The position numbers and the translations under genes are program-made. From Arcobacteraceae bacterium (GTDB lineage Bacteria > Campylobacterota > Campylobacteria > Campylobacterales > Arcobacteraceae): DNA of 64,000 bases. The DNA lies in contig CBDCZH010000019.1 in NCBI GenBank assembly GCA_965224485.1, positions 167,178-231,177 of the forward strand, given 5' to 3'. Below the pieces are notes generated by a model. That model did no database searches. It was not told the origin of the DNA and saw only the letters and a list, made by a program, of their open reading frames with translations. Shown in pieces: positions 39,293 through 49,551 of the stretch (position 1 is its first letter; each line of letters starts with the position of its first letter).

Positions 39293-40587
39293 AAACTTTA
39301 TACAAAGAACACCTAGAGAAAGTTTTAAATACTTTAGATAATGTAATGCAAAAACATTCTTATGAAGAAATTGTTATTTATTCAGGAGATGTTAAAACTG
39401 TTTATTTGGATGATAATAGATATCCATATAAAGTTTATACCAATTTTAAATACCTAGCTCCTATTTTAAACAATCCTAATTCATTTATAATATATAAAAG
39501 TGGAGAAAAACCAAAACTAATAATATTGCAAAAAATTGATTTTTGGGATTCTCAACCAAAAGAAATAGAAGGTGAGTGGACTTCATTTTTTGATATATCT
39601 TATTATAATAATATAGAAGATATGAGAAAAATTATAAGTTCTAATCTAAAAAACACAGCACTTTTAGCAGAAAATGAATTAAGATTTAAAAACTATGGTT
39701 TTAAAAGTATAAATGACATAAATATAATAAATCATATACATTATCATAGATGTTATAAATCGCAATATGAAGTACAATGTATGATAAAAGCAAATGAAAT
39801 AGCTAGTATTGCACATATGGCTGCAAAAAAAGCCTTTTTAGAAGGTAAAAGTGAGATACAAACACACTTAGCTTATTTAGAAGCTATTTCATATAGAGAA
39901 AACGAAGTACCTTATGAAAATATTGTTGCTTTTGATCAAAGTGCTGCTATTTTACATTATGTTGATTATAAAAAAGAAGCTTTTGTGGCAAAATCATTTT
40001 TGCTTGATGCTGGGGCTTCATATAATGGTTATCATGCTGATATTACAAGAACCTTCGCAAAAGAAGAGCATACAGAGTTTCATGATTTAATATCTGCTGT
40101 TAATGATTCTTGCTTAAATATTATTTCTAAAGTAAAAGTTGGAATGAATTATGAAGTATTACAAGAACAAATGCATTTAGATGCAGCTAAAATTATAAGT
40201 GATTTTAAGTTTATGAATATATCAAGTGATGAAATATATGAAAAAGAGTATACAAAACTTTTCTCACCAGCTGGTGTTGGTCACTATATAGGTTTACAGG
40301 TACATGATATAGGAAATACTATTTCTTCCCAAGAAGGAAAAGCACATATTAAATCAAGTAAACACTCTTTTTTAAGATTAAATAAAATTATAGAAGATAA
40401 CAATGTTTTTACAATAGAGCCAGGTATTTATATAATTGATCAGTTATTAAAACAGCATTATGGTAAAAAAGAATTTAATTGGGATGTGATAAATAGATTT
40501 AAACCTTTTGGTGGAGCAAGAATTGAAGATTCTGTTTATGTAAGTAACACCCAAGTACAAAATTTAACAAGACCTTATTTACCATAA
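39289..40587 (+). CDS. pepQ: Xaa-Pro dipeptidase (prolidase)
   Basis: LHY, DAGA, DITRT, GHxIGLQVHD, TIEPG and GGxRIED. Confidence 0.85.
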   Translation: MKTLYKEHLEKVLNTLDNVMQKHSYEEIVIYSGDVKTVYLDDNRYPYKVYTNFKYLAPILNNPNSFIIYKSGEKPKLIILQKIDFWDSQPKEIEGEWTSFFDISYYNNIEDMRKIISSNLKNTALLAENELRFKNYGFKSINDINIINHIHYHRCYKSQYEVQCMIKANEIASIAHMAAKKAFLEGKSEIQTHLAYLEAISYRENEVPYENIVAFDQSAAILHYVDYKKEAFVAKSFLLDAGASYNGYHADITRTFAKEEHTEFHDLISAVNDSCLNIISKVKVGMNYEVLQEQMHLDAAKIISDFKFMNISSDEIYEKEYTKLFSPAGVGHYIGLQVHDIGNTISSQEGKAHIKSSKHSFLRLNKIIEDNNVFTIEPGIYIIDQLLKQHYGKKEFNWDVINRFKPFGGARIEDSVYVSNTQVQNLTRPYLP

Positions 40588-40642
40588 TAATTATTTTAAG
40601 AATTTATTGTAGTATTACACAATAACTTACTTAAGGATAAAA

Positions 40643-41137
40643 ATGTTTAAAGATAGTATATTATTTGAAGAGGGATTTTTGGGAACCCAAGCCTCTTTGT
40701 ATATGGATTTAACAACTATTTATTTTTCATTTTTACCTTTTTTATTAGCTTTATCTATAAAAGCTGCAATAAATAAAAAAATAAAATTACATTTACAATC
40801 ACAAGTTGTTATTTTTGTTGTCACACTATTAGTAATAATTGTTTTTGAAGTAGGAGTTAGAGTAGAGGGTGGTTTTATTCATTTTGAAGAAAAATCTTTA
40901 ATTCCTTTTTCTGCTCTTTTTGCTTTTTTAACAATACATATTAATATAGCAATAATAAGTGTACTTGCTTGGGTTTATCTCTTATTTGCAACACTTAAAG
41001 TATATAAGAAAAAAGAGTTTACGCATAAACAGAGACTAAGTCATAAAAAAATGGGGAAATATGTTTTTGCAGCCCTTAGTTTAACTTCTTTGATGGGTGT
41101 GATGATGTACTTTGCACTCTTTGTTTATATTAAATAG
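40643..41137 (+). CDS. DUF420-like membrane protein
   Basis: Four TM segments with spaced His residues (LH, IH, HKKMG). Confidence 0.7.
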   Translation: MFKDSILFEEGFLGTQASLYMDLTTIYFSFLPFLLALSIKAAINKKIKLHLQSQVVIFVVTLLVIIVFEVGVRVEGGFIHFEEKSLIPFSALFAFLTIHINIAIISVLAWVYLLFATLKVYKKKEFTHKQRLSHKKMGKYVFAALSLTSLMGVMMYFALFVYIK

Positions 41138-43353
41138 TTTATCTGTCCTAAACAAATACTTGCATCATTTAAAGTAGTGTTTTTATTATAATAAAAAATT
41201 CTATTTTCTTGTTTTAATTTATAAGTAATAAGCTCTAAAAGTGTTTTATTTTGAAAAACACCTCCACAAAGAATTATTTCTAAGTCTTTATATTCCCTTG
41301 TTATATCTAAAATAAGAGAAACTATCATATTTATAAACTTTGAAGATATTAGTTTTTTAGACTTATCTTGTACTACTTCTTTTATAGCTAAACTTATATC
41401 AATTTCATTTTTGCTTATTTTATAAGAATATGACTCTTTTATATTTTTATCATAAAAACTCTCTAATAATAGTCCACTTTGTCCTTCATATGTTTGTATT
41501 TGGCAAAGATTACAAAAAGAAGAAAAAGCATCAAAAAGTCTTCCAATTGAACTAGTATTTACTGTATTTAAAGATTTATTCCATATTTTATGAAATAAAA
41601 TAATCTCTTTTTTTGTAAAAGATTCTACACAAGCATTTGATAAATTTAATACCTCTTCTAGGCAAAAGTTATCAAATAAAAGTCCTAAAGCTACTCTTTT
41701 AGGCTCTTGTATTGCTTTATTTGCGCCTAAGAGTTTAAAATATTTTAAATGTTTAACTCTTTTATATGATTTTTTGTCACAAACAAAAACTTCACCACCC
41801 CAAATATTTTTATCATCTCCATAACCAGTTCCATCAAAGCAAAAAGCTAAAACTTTTTTATTTAAATTAAACTCAAACATACAAGATAAAACATGAGCAT
41901 AATGATGTTGCACTTGAACAAGTTTTATCTTTTGTTCTTTTGCCCACTTCGTGCTTTCATAAGTAGGATGTTTATCACAAACAATAATATCAGGAGTAAA
42001 ATCATAAACTCTTTTAAAGGTATTTATTGTTCTTTTAAAATATTCTAAACTTTTTAAGGATTCTAGTTCTGCTATATAAGGTGAGCTAATTACAATATTA
42101 TCAAAAGCAATTGCTATAGTGCTTTTTTGATTTGCTCCAAGAGCTAGTATTTTTTTATCTACATTGTTATCTAAGCTAAAAGAAGAAGGTGCATAACCAC
42201 GTGCTTGTCTTAAAAAAACTTTTTCGTCATTTATTATTTGTACAACAGAATCATCACAGGCATTTATAATTTCTCTATTATAATCTAAAACATGAGAGAA
42301 AATACCTGGTAATTTATTTATAAGTTCATCTTTATCTGTAATAATAGGCTCTTTTGATAAATTTGCACTAGTAGAGAGTATTGGATTATTAAGATATTTA
42401 AAAAGTATAAGATGAAATGGTGTATAAGCTATAAAACAGCCTATTTTACTAATATTTGGAGCTAGGGAAGGACTTAAAGAAGAGTTCTGTTTTTTTGAAA
42501 TTAAAACTATAGCTTTTTCTTTTGAAAGAAGAACTTCTTCTTCTTTTTTACTATATTTTGCATATTGCTTAATACTAAAAATATCTTTAAACATTACTGC
42601 AAATGGTTTGTGAGGTCTGTTTTTATATGCTCTTAGTTTTTCTATACTTTTAGTATTTAAAGCATCACAAACTAAATGAAATCCTCCAAGACCTTTTATT
42701 GCTACTATTTCACCTTGATTTATCTGTTTTGCTAGTTCTTTTATGGCTTCTTCATTTTTTAAAAGTTTTACATTATTTTCATCGTATAAAGTGATTTGGG
42801 GGCCACAGTTCTTACAAGAAATTGCTTGGGCATGGTATCTTCTATTATTTGGATCTAAATACTCTTTTTCACAGCTTTTACACAAAATAAACTCACTAAA
42901 AGTAGTATTAATTCTATCATAAGGTAGGTTTTTTATTATGCTATATCGTGGGCCACAGTTAGTACAATTGTTTAATCCATAATTATATCTTTTATTTAAT
43001 GGATCATTAATATCATCCATACAATCTTTACATATAGCCATATCAGGAAGCAACATAGTATTCTTACTCTTATTTATAAGACTTTTTGATATTTTAAAAG
43101 AAGAGAAAATCTCTTTTTTTTGAAGTTTCAAAAATTCTATTGAAGTAATTTTGGCAAGAACAGGAAGTTCTTTTTTTATTTTTTTTAAAAATAAATTTAA
43201 TTTTTCCTTAGAAGTAAAAACTTCAATATTTACACCACTTGAATCATTATTTACAAAACCTTTTAAGTCAAGTTTAATAGCAAGCTTATAAATAAAAGGT
43301 CTGAACCCTACTCCTTGAACAATACCTTTTACTTTTATTTTATAATTATTCAT
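41125..43353 (-). CDS. hypF: Carbamoyltransferase HypF
   Basis: VQGVGFRPF, zinc fingers, QHHYAH, DGTGYG and GGVFQN. Confidence 0.97.
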   Translation of the reverse strand: MNNYKIKVKGIVQGVGFRPFIYKLAIKLDLKGFVNNDSSGVNIEVFTSKEKLNLFLKKIKKELPVLAKITSIEFLKLQKKEIFSSFKISKSLINKSKNTMLLPDMAICKDCMDDINDPLNKRYNYGLNNCTNCGPRYSIIKNLPYDRINTTFSEFILCKSCEKEYLDPNNRRYHAQAISCKNCGPQITLYDENNVKLLKNEEAIKELAKQINQGEIVAIKGLGGFHLVCDALNTKSIEKLRAYKNRPHKPFAVMFKDIFSIKQYAKYSKKEEEVLLSKEKAIVLISKKQNSSLSPSLAPNISKIGCFIAYTPFHLILFKYLNNPILSTSANLSKEPIITDKDELINKLPGIFSHVLDYNREIINACDDSVVQIINDEKVFLRQARGYAPSSFSLDNNVDKKILALGANQKSTIAIAFDNIVISSPYIAELESLKSLEYFKRTINTFKRVYDFTPDIIVCDKHPTYESTKWAKEQKIKLVQVQHHYAHVLSCMFEFNLNKKVLAFCFDGTGYGDDKNIWGGEVFVCDKKSYKRVKHLKYFKLLGANKAIQEPKRVALGLLFDNFCLEEVLNLSNACVESFTKKEIILFHKIWNKSLNTVNTSSIGRLFDAFSSFCNLCQIQTYEGQSGLLLESFYDKNIKESYSYKISKNEIDISLAIKEVVQDKSKKLISSKFINMIVSLILDITREYKDLEIILCGGVFQNKTLLELITYKLKQENRIFYYNKNTTLNDASICLGQINYLI

Positions 43354-43361
43354 AAACCTAC

Positions 43362-45056
43362 TTAATATAACTGTATTGGAAAGTCTTTATTATAATAAAT
43401 TTTGAAGTTTTTTGTAATACTTTTGTGCACAATTTTTGAAAATAAATCATTTGTGAACATATCACCACATAAAGAGACACCATCAAGAGAAAAACATGTA
43501 TCTGTAGTATCAACAACATTTGCTATAAAATGAGCTAAACTCTCTATATAACCTAAACTAATTGTTATATCATCTACGCCTGCTAACTTAAAACTAATGG
43601 CTGATTTAAAAAGTTTTGTATAATCAAATTCTTTATTATAAAAATTCTTACTCTCATAGAGTTTATAATCAATTCTAGGTCCTTTATCTAATAAAGCATT
43701 ATTAGCATTTTGCAAAATATCATTTTTGAAGTTTAAAATAATTTTAGCAATTTTAAGTAAACTTGAAAAAGAGTTTTGATTCGATTTATCCAAAGCGGTA
43801 TTTATAGCTTTTTCATACTCTAGTGGAAATATTTTCTTATAATTATTTAAAAGACTTTCACCTGTTTCATCTTTCTTTATTTCTTCAAATAACTCTTTTA
43901 TAGAAGAAGGAAGTTTTATATTTAAAATATCTAATAAACCATCAACTTTTTGTGAATGCAATGAAATATTATCACCATTTGTAGATGAAAAGTAAAAATT
44001 TATAATAGATTTATTTAATAAGTTATTTTCATTTAAAAGTACCATAAACTGACCTTTATTATGATCAGAAAAACTATTATATATTCCTAAGTATTCTTGT
44101 TTATAAGAAAAAGACTCAAGAATTATTTTTCTACTATTTGAAAGAATTTTTATTTTTGGAATATCAATTAAGTTAAAAGTATTTTCAAAATCTAAAATAT
44201 AATCTGCTTGTGAGTGTTTTATGTCTTCTTTACCTTCACTTCTATCAGAATTTTCAAGATTTTCTATATTTTCATCATAAGCAATAAAATGTATATTTAA
44301 TTTTTCTAACTCAAGACTTAATAAGTATAAAATAAAATCATTAGCAAAACGGACATCAATTGAGTTTTTTAAACAAGAAGTTTTATTTTTATAGATTTCA
44401 TTTATTTTTAAGTTTATTAAAGGTTTTTCTATACTTGCAAGGGCAACAACTTCATCTTTACTTGCAACTAAGATAGAAGATAAGTTAAATAAATTTGTAC
44501 ATAAAATTGATTTACATTTATCTATATTAGAAATCTTAGAAAAAATTGCTGTTCCACTAAAAGTTTTAATTTTAATACTTTTATTATCATTTATTAGACT
44601 TGCAAAATAAGCAAAACTTTTTTCATTGGATAAAAAAGTTTCTCTTGAATCTTTATTTCTTAAAATGAACTCAGACTTATTCTTTATATTTGTACAGTTT
44701 TCACAAGAAGTAAAAGAATTATAATAATTCTTGCTTTTTTTATTATTTACCTCATTTAAACAAGAAGTACAAAAAGGTAAAACAAAATCATCATTTATAT
44801 TTATTGATTCTTGTATAGGAAACGAAGCAACATCAACAACTTGGGTTTCATATAAATAAATTGACATAGGAAGAGTTGTGCCTAAAGAAGTTGAAAAAAG
44901 CTCTAAAACTTCTAAGGGTGCTTGTACATATAAAACTATAAACTCATCTTCTTTATAAACTTTATATTCACACTCAAATGAACTTGCGCATGTTTTAATA
45001 AACTTTATGAGTGTGCCGTTATTACTTAGATATTTAAATTTAAACTGTAGGATCAT
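43362..45056 (-). CDS. hydE: HydE-like (degenerate HypF paralogue)
   Basis: Follows hydD; CxxC pairs, LASIEKP and C-terminal LCGDMF. Confidence 0.65.
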   Translation of the reverse strand: MILQFKFKYLSNNGTLIKFIKTCASSFECEYKVYKEDEFIVLYVQAPLEVLELFSTSLGTTLPMSIYLYETQVVDVASFPIQESININDDFVLPFCTSCLNEVNNKKSKNYYNSFTSCENCTNIKNKSEFILRNKDSRETFLSNEKSFAYFASLINDNKSIKIKTFSGTAIFSKISNIDKCKSILCTNLFNLSSILVASKDEVVALASIEKPLINLKINEIYKNKTSCLKNSIDVRFANDFILYLLSLELEKLNIHFIAYDENIENLENSDRSEGKEDIKHSQADYILDFENTFNLIDIPKIKILSNSRKIILESFSYKQEYLGIYNSFSDHNKGQFMVLLNENNLLNKSIINFYFSSTNGDNISLHSQKVDGLLDILNIKLPSSIKELFEEIKKDETGESLLNNYKKIFPLEYEKAINTALDKSNQNSFSSLLKIAKIILNFKNDILQNANNALLDKGPRIDYKLYESKNFYNKEFDYTKLFKSAISFKLAGVDDITISLGYIESLAHFIANVVDTTDTCFSLDGVSLCGDMFTNDLFSKIVHKSITKNFKIYYNKDFPIQLY

Positions 45057-45603
45057 TTATTATTTCTCTTTTATATGATATTTGTGCAATATTCTTAATA
45101 TTTGTTTCTTTATTTCTTACTTTTACATTCATACCCAAAGATTTTATATGTTTAAGTATTGTTTCTTCCATTGTAATACAAGCTTTAATAATTTCAGAAC
45201 TTAACTCAAAAGTAGTATCATCTGCTATTCTTTTTGGAATAATTCCTAAAATATGAGTAGAAGGTAAATCACCTTGCATTTGAATCATATTTAAAGTTTG
45301 TAACATCTCAACTTCATGAGCACTTCCTTGCCAGTTTACAAAAGAAGGAGTTTTTAAAAAATCAAAAAAGTATACATCTCCAGCTTTTGAATCATTTGCC
45401 TCAATACAATCAATGATAAGAACTTCATCATATTTAACAATTAAGGGAATTAATCTTTGGGCTAAGGTACCACCATCTACTATTGATAAAGTATTTTCTT
45501 TTGAAGTAAAAGAGTATTTTTCATCAATATAATGTATAAAATGAGCACCCATTCCTTCATCTTGGAATAAGATATTTCCTATTCCTAAAAGTAAAATATT
45601 CAT
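45040..45603 (-). CDS. hydD: Hydrogenase maturation endopeptidase
   Basis: GIGNILFQDEG, VDGGT and SAHE. Confidence 0.93.
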   Translation of the reverse strand: MNILLLGIGNILFQDEGMGAHFIHYIDEKYSFTSKENTLSIVDGGTLAQRLIPLIVKYDEVLIIDCIEANDSKAGDVYFFDFLKTPSFVNWQGSAHEVEMLQTLNMIQMQGDLPSTHILGIIPKRIADDTTFELSSEIIKACITMEETILKHIKSLGMNVKVRNKETNIKNIAQISYKREIINDPTV

Positions 45604-46268
45604 TATTTTTTATTTATCCATCTATAACCTGAGAAAATAGAATCTAAAGCACCTTCTTTTTGATAAACTGAATTAAATACTGCCATATAAATATGCAAAG
45701 GTAAAAAGATAATAAATACCCACATTGTAATATGATGAATTTCTCGAACCACAGAGAGTCCACCCATTAAAACCTCAATTGGTCTCATTATATCATAGAA
45801 AAAACCACCTAAACCTTCGTGAAAAACATGAACATACATAATAATTCCAGTTAAAGATATTAGTAAAATTGTTGCATATACAGTAATATATGCAATAAAT
45901 TGTAAGGGATTATATACCCCTGCACCATGGGGATGTTTATCAATTAACATATAATATTTTATTTGTTGTATCCATACTTTAGGAGATATGAAATCTTTAA
46001 AAGAAGCTCTCTCTAATTTACTCTCTTTATCAAAGAAAAAAAGATAAAATTTTCCTATAGTAATACAAATTAAAACAAAACCAAAAATTATATGCCAAGA
46101 TCTAAATAAAGCATTTAAAAAATTTGTAGGCTCCCCTGCGTTTAAAGCAGGAGCTAAAATAGGAACAGCTATATAAAATCCAGTTGCAGTTAAAATAACA
46201 ATAGTAATAGCTCTAGTCCAGTGAGTAATTCTTAGCCATAATGAAAACTCATAATGTTTTTTTATCAT
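45603..46268 (-). CDS. hydC: Ni/Fe-hydrogenase b-type cytochrome subunit
   Basis: RITHW, WH, YNPLQ, IHH and LHIY heme-ligand pattern. Confidence 0.95.
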   Translation of the reverse strand: MIKKHYEFSLWLRITHWTRAITIVILTATGFYIAVPILAPALNAGEPTNFLNALFRSWHIIFGFVLICITIGKFYLFFFDKESKLERASFKDFISPKVWIQQIKYYMLIDKHPHGAGVYNPLQFIAYITVYATILLISLTGIIMYVHVFHEGLGGFFYDIMRPIEVLMGGLSVVREIHHITMWVFIIFLPLHIYMAVFNSVYQKEGALDSIFSGYRWINKK

Positions 46269-46277
46269 CTTATTCTC

Positions 46278-48008
46278 CTAACAACTTGTTTGATAAACTG
46301 GATCCACTTTATAAACACCTAATTCTTTTCCTTTTGTATCCATAACATGAACAGCACAAGCAATACATGGATCAAAAGAGTGAATTACCCGAATAATTTC
46401 TAAAGGTTGAGTAATATCTTTTATTTTCATTCCTACAAGATTTGATTCATATGGTCCTTTTAAACCTCTAGAGTCTTCAGGCCCTGCATTCCAAGTTGAA
46501 GGAACAACTGCTTGATAATTAGAAATTACACCATTTTTAATTCTAACCCAATGAGATAACATTCCTCTTGGAACATCACCTATAAATCTACCTTTATACT
46601 CTTTGTCTTTATCTATTTTATACGAAGTATATGTTTCTTGATCAACTTTAAGATTTTCAATTAAAGCAAAAAATGTTTCTAAACCATGTTTAGCAATTGC
46701 CATAGATTGAATAGCTCTTCCAGCTGTTCTTCCTAATGTTGTAAAAAGTGCAGAAACAGGCAAACCAGTTTTTGCTAAAAACTCATCAACTATAGGTACA
46801 ATTTTTTTATTACCTTTTGCATAAGATACTAATACAGCAGCCAAAGGACCAACTTCCATAGCTTCTTTATCATATCTTGGTGATTTAATCCAAGAATACT
46901 TTCCTTTTTCATTTATACTTTTTGAATCAACTAATTCTCCATGCGGTCCTACAGTTTTTTTATCTATAAAACCAGTATAATTAGGGTTCGTTTTTCCATC
47001 ATAAGGATGTAAAGGTTCATCATTGGCATACCAAGAATGCGTTGCTTCTTCTGTAATTAAATCTTCATCTATAGGATAAACTTTACTTAAATCACCATCT
47101 TTAATAATTCCTGTGTCAAATAAATAATCATTTCTATTTAATTGCATTTCTCGATAAGACATAAAGTTCATAGTTCCAGCTTGACTTACAACAGAAGGTT
47201 CACTTCCAAAAGCTTCAGCTGCCATTTTAATATCAGCATAATAAGCATTTTCCACAAAATTAGCGGCTTCTTTAAAAAATGTTAAATACTCACCCATACG
47301 TGAAGGATCCATTAAATCCATAATACAAGTAACTCCGCCAACAGTTAAACTTTGAGGGTGAGGTTGCTTACCTCCAAAAATTGCCATTAACTTAGCTAAA
47401 TTTCTTTGTATCTCTAAGGCTTTTAAATAGTGAGATAAAGCAATTAAGTTCTGCTCAGGAGAGAATCTAAAGGTTTCATGTCCCCAATATGCATTTGCAA
47501 ATGGGCCTAATTGTCCCTTAGCAACAAACTCACCAACTCTTTTTTTAACTGCTTTTAAATCATTCTCACCTGTTGATATAGGTAAATCACTATATTTAAA
47601 TGCTAGTTTTGAAGCATTTGCTTCATTTGCATCTAAAGCAGATACAACATCTACCCAATCTAAACCATGAAGGTGGTAAAAATGAACAATATGGTCATGT
47701 AAAAATAGTGCTTGATTCATTAGTGATCTTGTTAGTTTTGCATTTAATGGAGGCTCTATTCCTAAAGCATCTTCAACAGCTTCTATACCAGCTCGATAAT
47801 GAGAATAAGTACAAACACCACAAATCCTTTGCATTAAAAAACCAGCATCTCTTGGATCTCTATTTTTAACTATTGTTTCTAAACCTCTCCATAAAGTAGA
47901 TGAAGACCAAGCATTTTTAATTACATTATTTTCATCAACTTCAACTTCTATTCTTAAATGTCCTTCAATTCTAGTAATTGGGTCAACTATAATTCTTTTA
48001 TTTGCCAT
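46278..48008 (-). CDS. hydB: Membrane-bound group 1 [NiFe]-hydrogenase large subunit
   Basis: DPITRIEGH, QRICGVC and FDPCIACAVH plus cleavable tail; start refined to MANKR. Confidence 0.96.
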   Translation of the reverse strand: MANKRIIVDPITRIEGHLRIEVEVDENNVIKNAWSSSTLWRGLETIVKNRDPRDAGFLMQRICGVCTYSHYRAGIEAVEDALGIEPPLNAKLTRSLMNQALFLHDHIVHFYHLHGLDWVDVVSALDANEANASKLAFKYSDLPISTGENDLKAVKKRVGEFVAKGQLGPFANAYWGHETFRFSPEQNLIALSHYLKALEIQRNLAKLMAIFGGKQPHPQSLTVGGVTCIMDLMDPSRMGEYLTFFKEAANFVENAYYADIKMAAEAFGSEPSVVSQAGTMNFMSYREMQLNRNDYLFDTGIIKDGDLSKVYPIDEDLITEEATHSWYANDEPLHPYDGKTNPNYTGFIDKKTVGPHGELVDSKSINEKGKYSWIKSPRYDKEAMEVGPLAAVLVSYAKGNKKIVPIVDEFLAKTGLPVSALFTTLGRTAGRAIQSMAIAKHGLETFFALIENLKVDQETYTSYKIDKDKEYKGRFIGDVPRGMLSHWVRIKNGVISNYQAVVPSTWNAGPEDSRGLKGPYESNLVGMKIKDITQPLEIIRVIHSFDPCIACAVHVMDTKGKELGVYKVDPVYQTSC

Positions 48009-48012
48009 ATTC

Positions 48013-49173
48013 TTATTCCTCATCTTCTTTTGGGTTTTTAAATTTTGATAATACTGCATGAGCTGCTATTCCAACACTGGTTGCGGCTAATAAACCAACA
48101 CCAATTCTATCAGCAGTAGCATCAGCCCCAAGTCCAGAAAAAACTGAATCATATAATCTATTTGCAACAGGTTCTTCAAAAGGACCCATAGTATCCCAAA
48201 AATCTGGTTCAGAACATCCAATACAGCCATGACCTGCTTGTATAGGCCAAGACATATGTGAATTAAATTTATTTTTACTACAGTTATTAAATGTATAAGG
48301 CCCTTTACACCCTACTTTATATAAACAATAACCTTTTTTAGCACCCTCATCACCAAACTCTTCAACAAACTCACCAGCATCAAAATGACCACGTCTTTCA
48401 CATAAATCATGAATTCTTAAGCCATAAGCCCATTTTGGTCTGTTATAAGCATCAAGTGCAGGAAGTGTTCCATATAAAATATAATGTAATAAAGTTCCAA
48501 CTATATTTTTTTCACTAGGAGGACAACCTGGAACATTTATAACTGTTCTTGAAGTTACTTTACTTAATGGTTGTGCATTTGTAGGATTTGGATGTGCTGC
48601 TTGAACTCCTCCAAAAGAAGAACAAGTTCCAATAGCAAAAATAGCAGCAGCATTTTGTGCAGCTTCTTTAGCAGAGTGTTCACCAGTATGTCCCTTAGCT
48701 CCAATTGTTAAAAAGTAACTTTGCTCACCAGAAGGAATTCCGCCCTCAACCATTAAAATATACTGACCTTTATATTTAGTAATTGCAGATTCTAAGTTAT
48801 GTTCAGCCTGCCAACCAGCAGCTGCCATTAGAGTTTCATGATATTCTAGTGAAATATAATCAAAAATCAAGGCATCTATAGTAGGAGCGTCTGAACGTAA
48901 TAAAGACTCAGAACAACCAGTACATTCTGCCATATGCAACCAAATAATAGGTAATCTATCTGCTAGTTTTGCAGCTTTTGCAACTAAGGGTGTAAATGTT
49001 GCTGGTAAAGATAACATGGCAGTCATAGCAGCTGCCCATTTCATAAAATCTCTTCTAGAAACACCTTTTTCTTCCATAACAGATGTAATTGTTTTATCAT
49101 CATGAAGTTTTGGTAATTTTTCAAGTGTGCTTAAACGTTTCTCTAAGCTTTTAAATAGGTCATTATTTTCCAA
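48013..49173 (-). CDS. hydA: Group 1 [NiFe]-hydrogenase small subunit (Tat signal)
   Basis: SRRDFMK, ECTGCSES, PGCPP, distal Cys motifs and C-terminal TM. Confidence 0.96.
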   Translation of the reverse strand: MENNDLFKSLEKRLSTLEKLPKLHDDKTITSVMEEKGVSRRDFMKWAAAMTAMLSLPATFTPLVAKAAKLADRLPIIWLHMAECTGCSESLLRSDAPTIDALIFDYISLEYHETLMAAAGWQAEHNLESAITKYKGQYILMVEGGIPSGEQSYFLTIGAKGHTGEHSAKEAAQNAAAIFAIGTCSSFGGVQAAHPNPTNAQPLSKVTSRTVINVPGCPPSEKNIVGTLLHYILYGTLPALDAYNRPKWAYGLRIHDLCERRGHFDAGEFVEEFGDEGAKKGYCLYKVGCKGPYTFNNCSKNKFNSHMSWPIQAGHGCIGCSEPDFWDTMGPFEEPVANRLYDSVFSGLGADATADRIGVGLLAATSVGIAAHAVLSKFKNPKEDEE

Positions 49174-49192
49174 GTTTATTCCTTCTAACTAG

Positions 49193-49287
49193 TGAATGAT
49201 TAATCATTTATAATTTAAGTAAATAATTTTCAAAATAAGCTTATCTTATTTTGTGAAAATGAAACTATAATAGTGAATGAATATTCA
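49193..49287. promoter_or_regulatory. Two putative TetR operators upstream of hydA
   Basis: tgaatgattaatca (49193-49206) and tgaatgaatattca (49274-49287), both preceded by tag. Confidence 0.6.
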
Positions 49288-49551
49288 TATATAGAAACAA
49301 ATTAACATCACGAAACTAAATACTAGCTTAATATTTACTATTATTTAAGCTTAGTTAAAGTGTGGTGTTACTTTTTTATACATTTTTTAGATTTTAAGTA
49401 GATTTAGGATTAAGAAAAACTGAATATTTTTATATAACTATTATATAATTTATATGTAATTTTATTTTAATTTACTTTATAAAAAAATATAAAGTAAATT
49501 AAAAATAATGAAATTCTATCTAAAATAATTTATTGATTTTACTTAAAATTA

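Noticed and set aside
48013..49173. O2-tolerant group 1d hydrogenase
   Set aside because: The proximal motif is CTGC, lacking the supernumerary cysteine.
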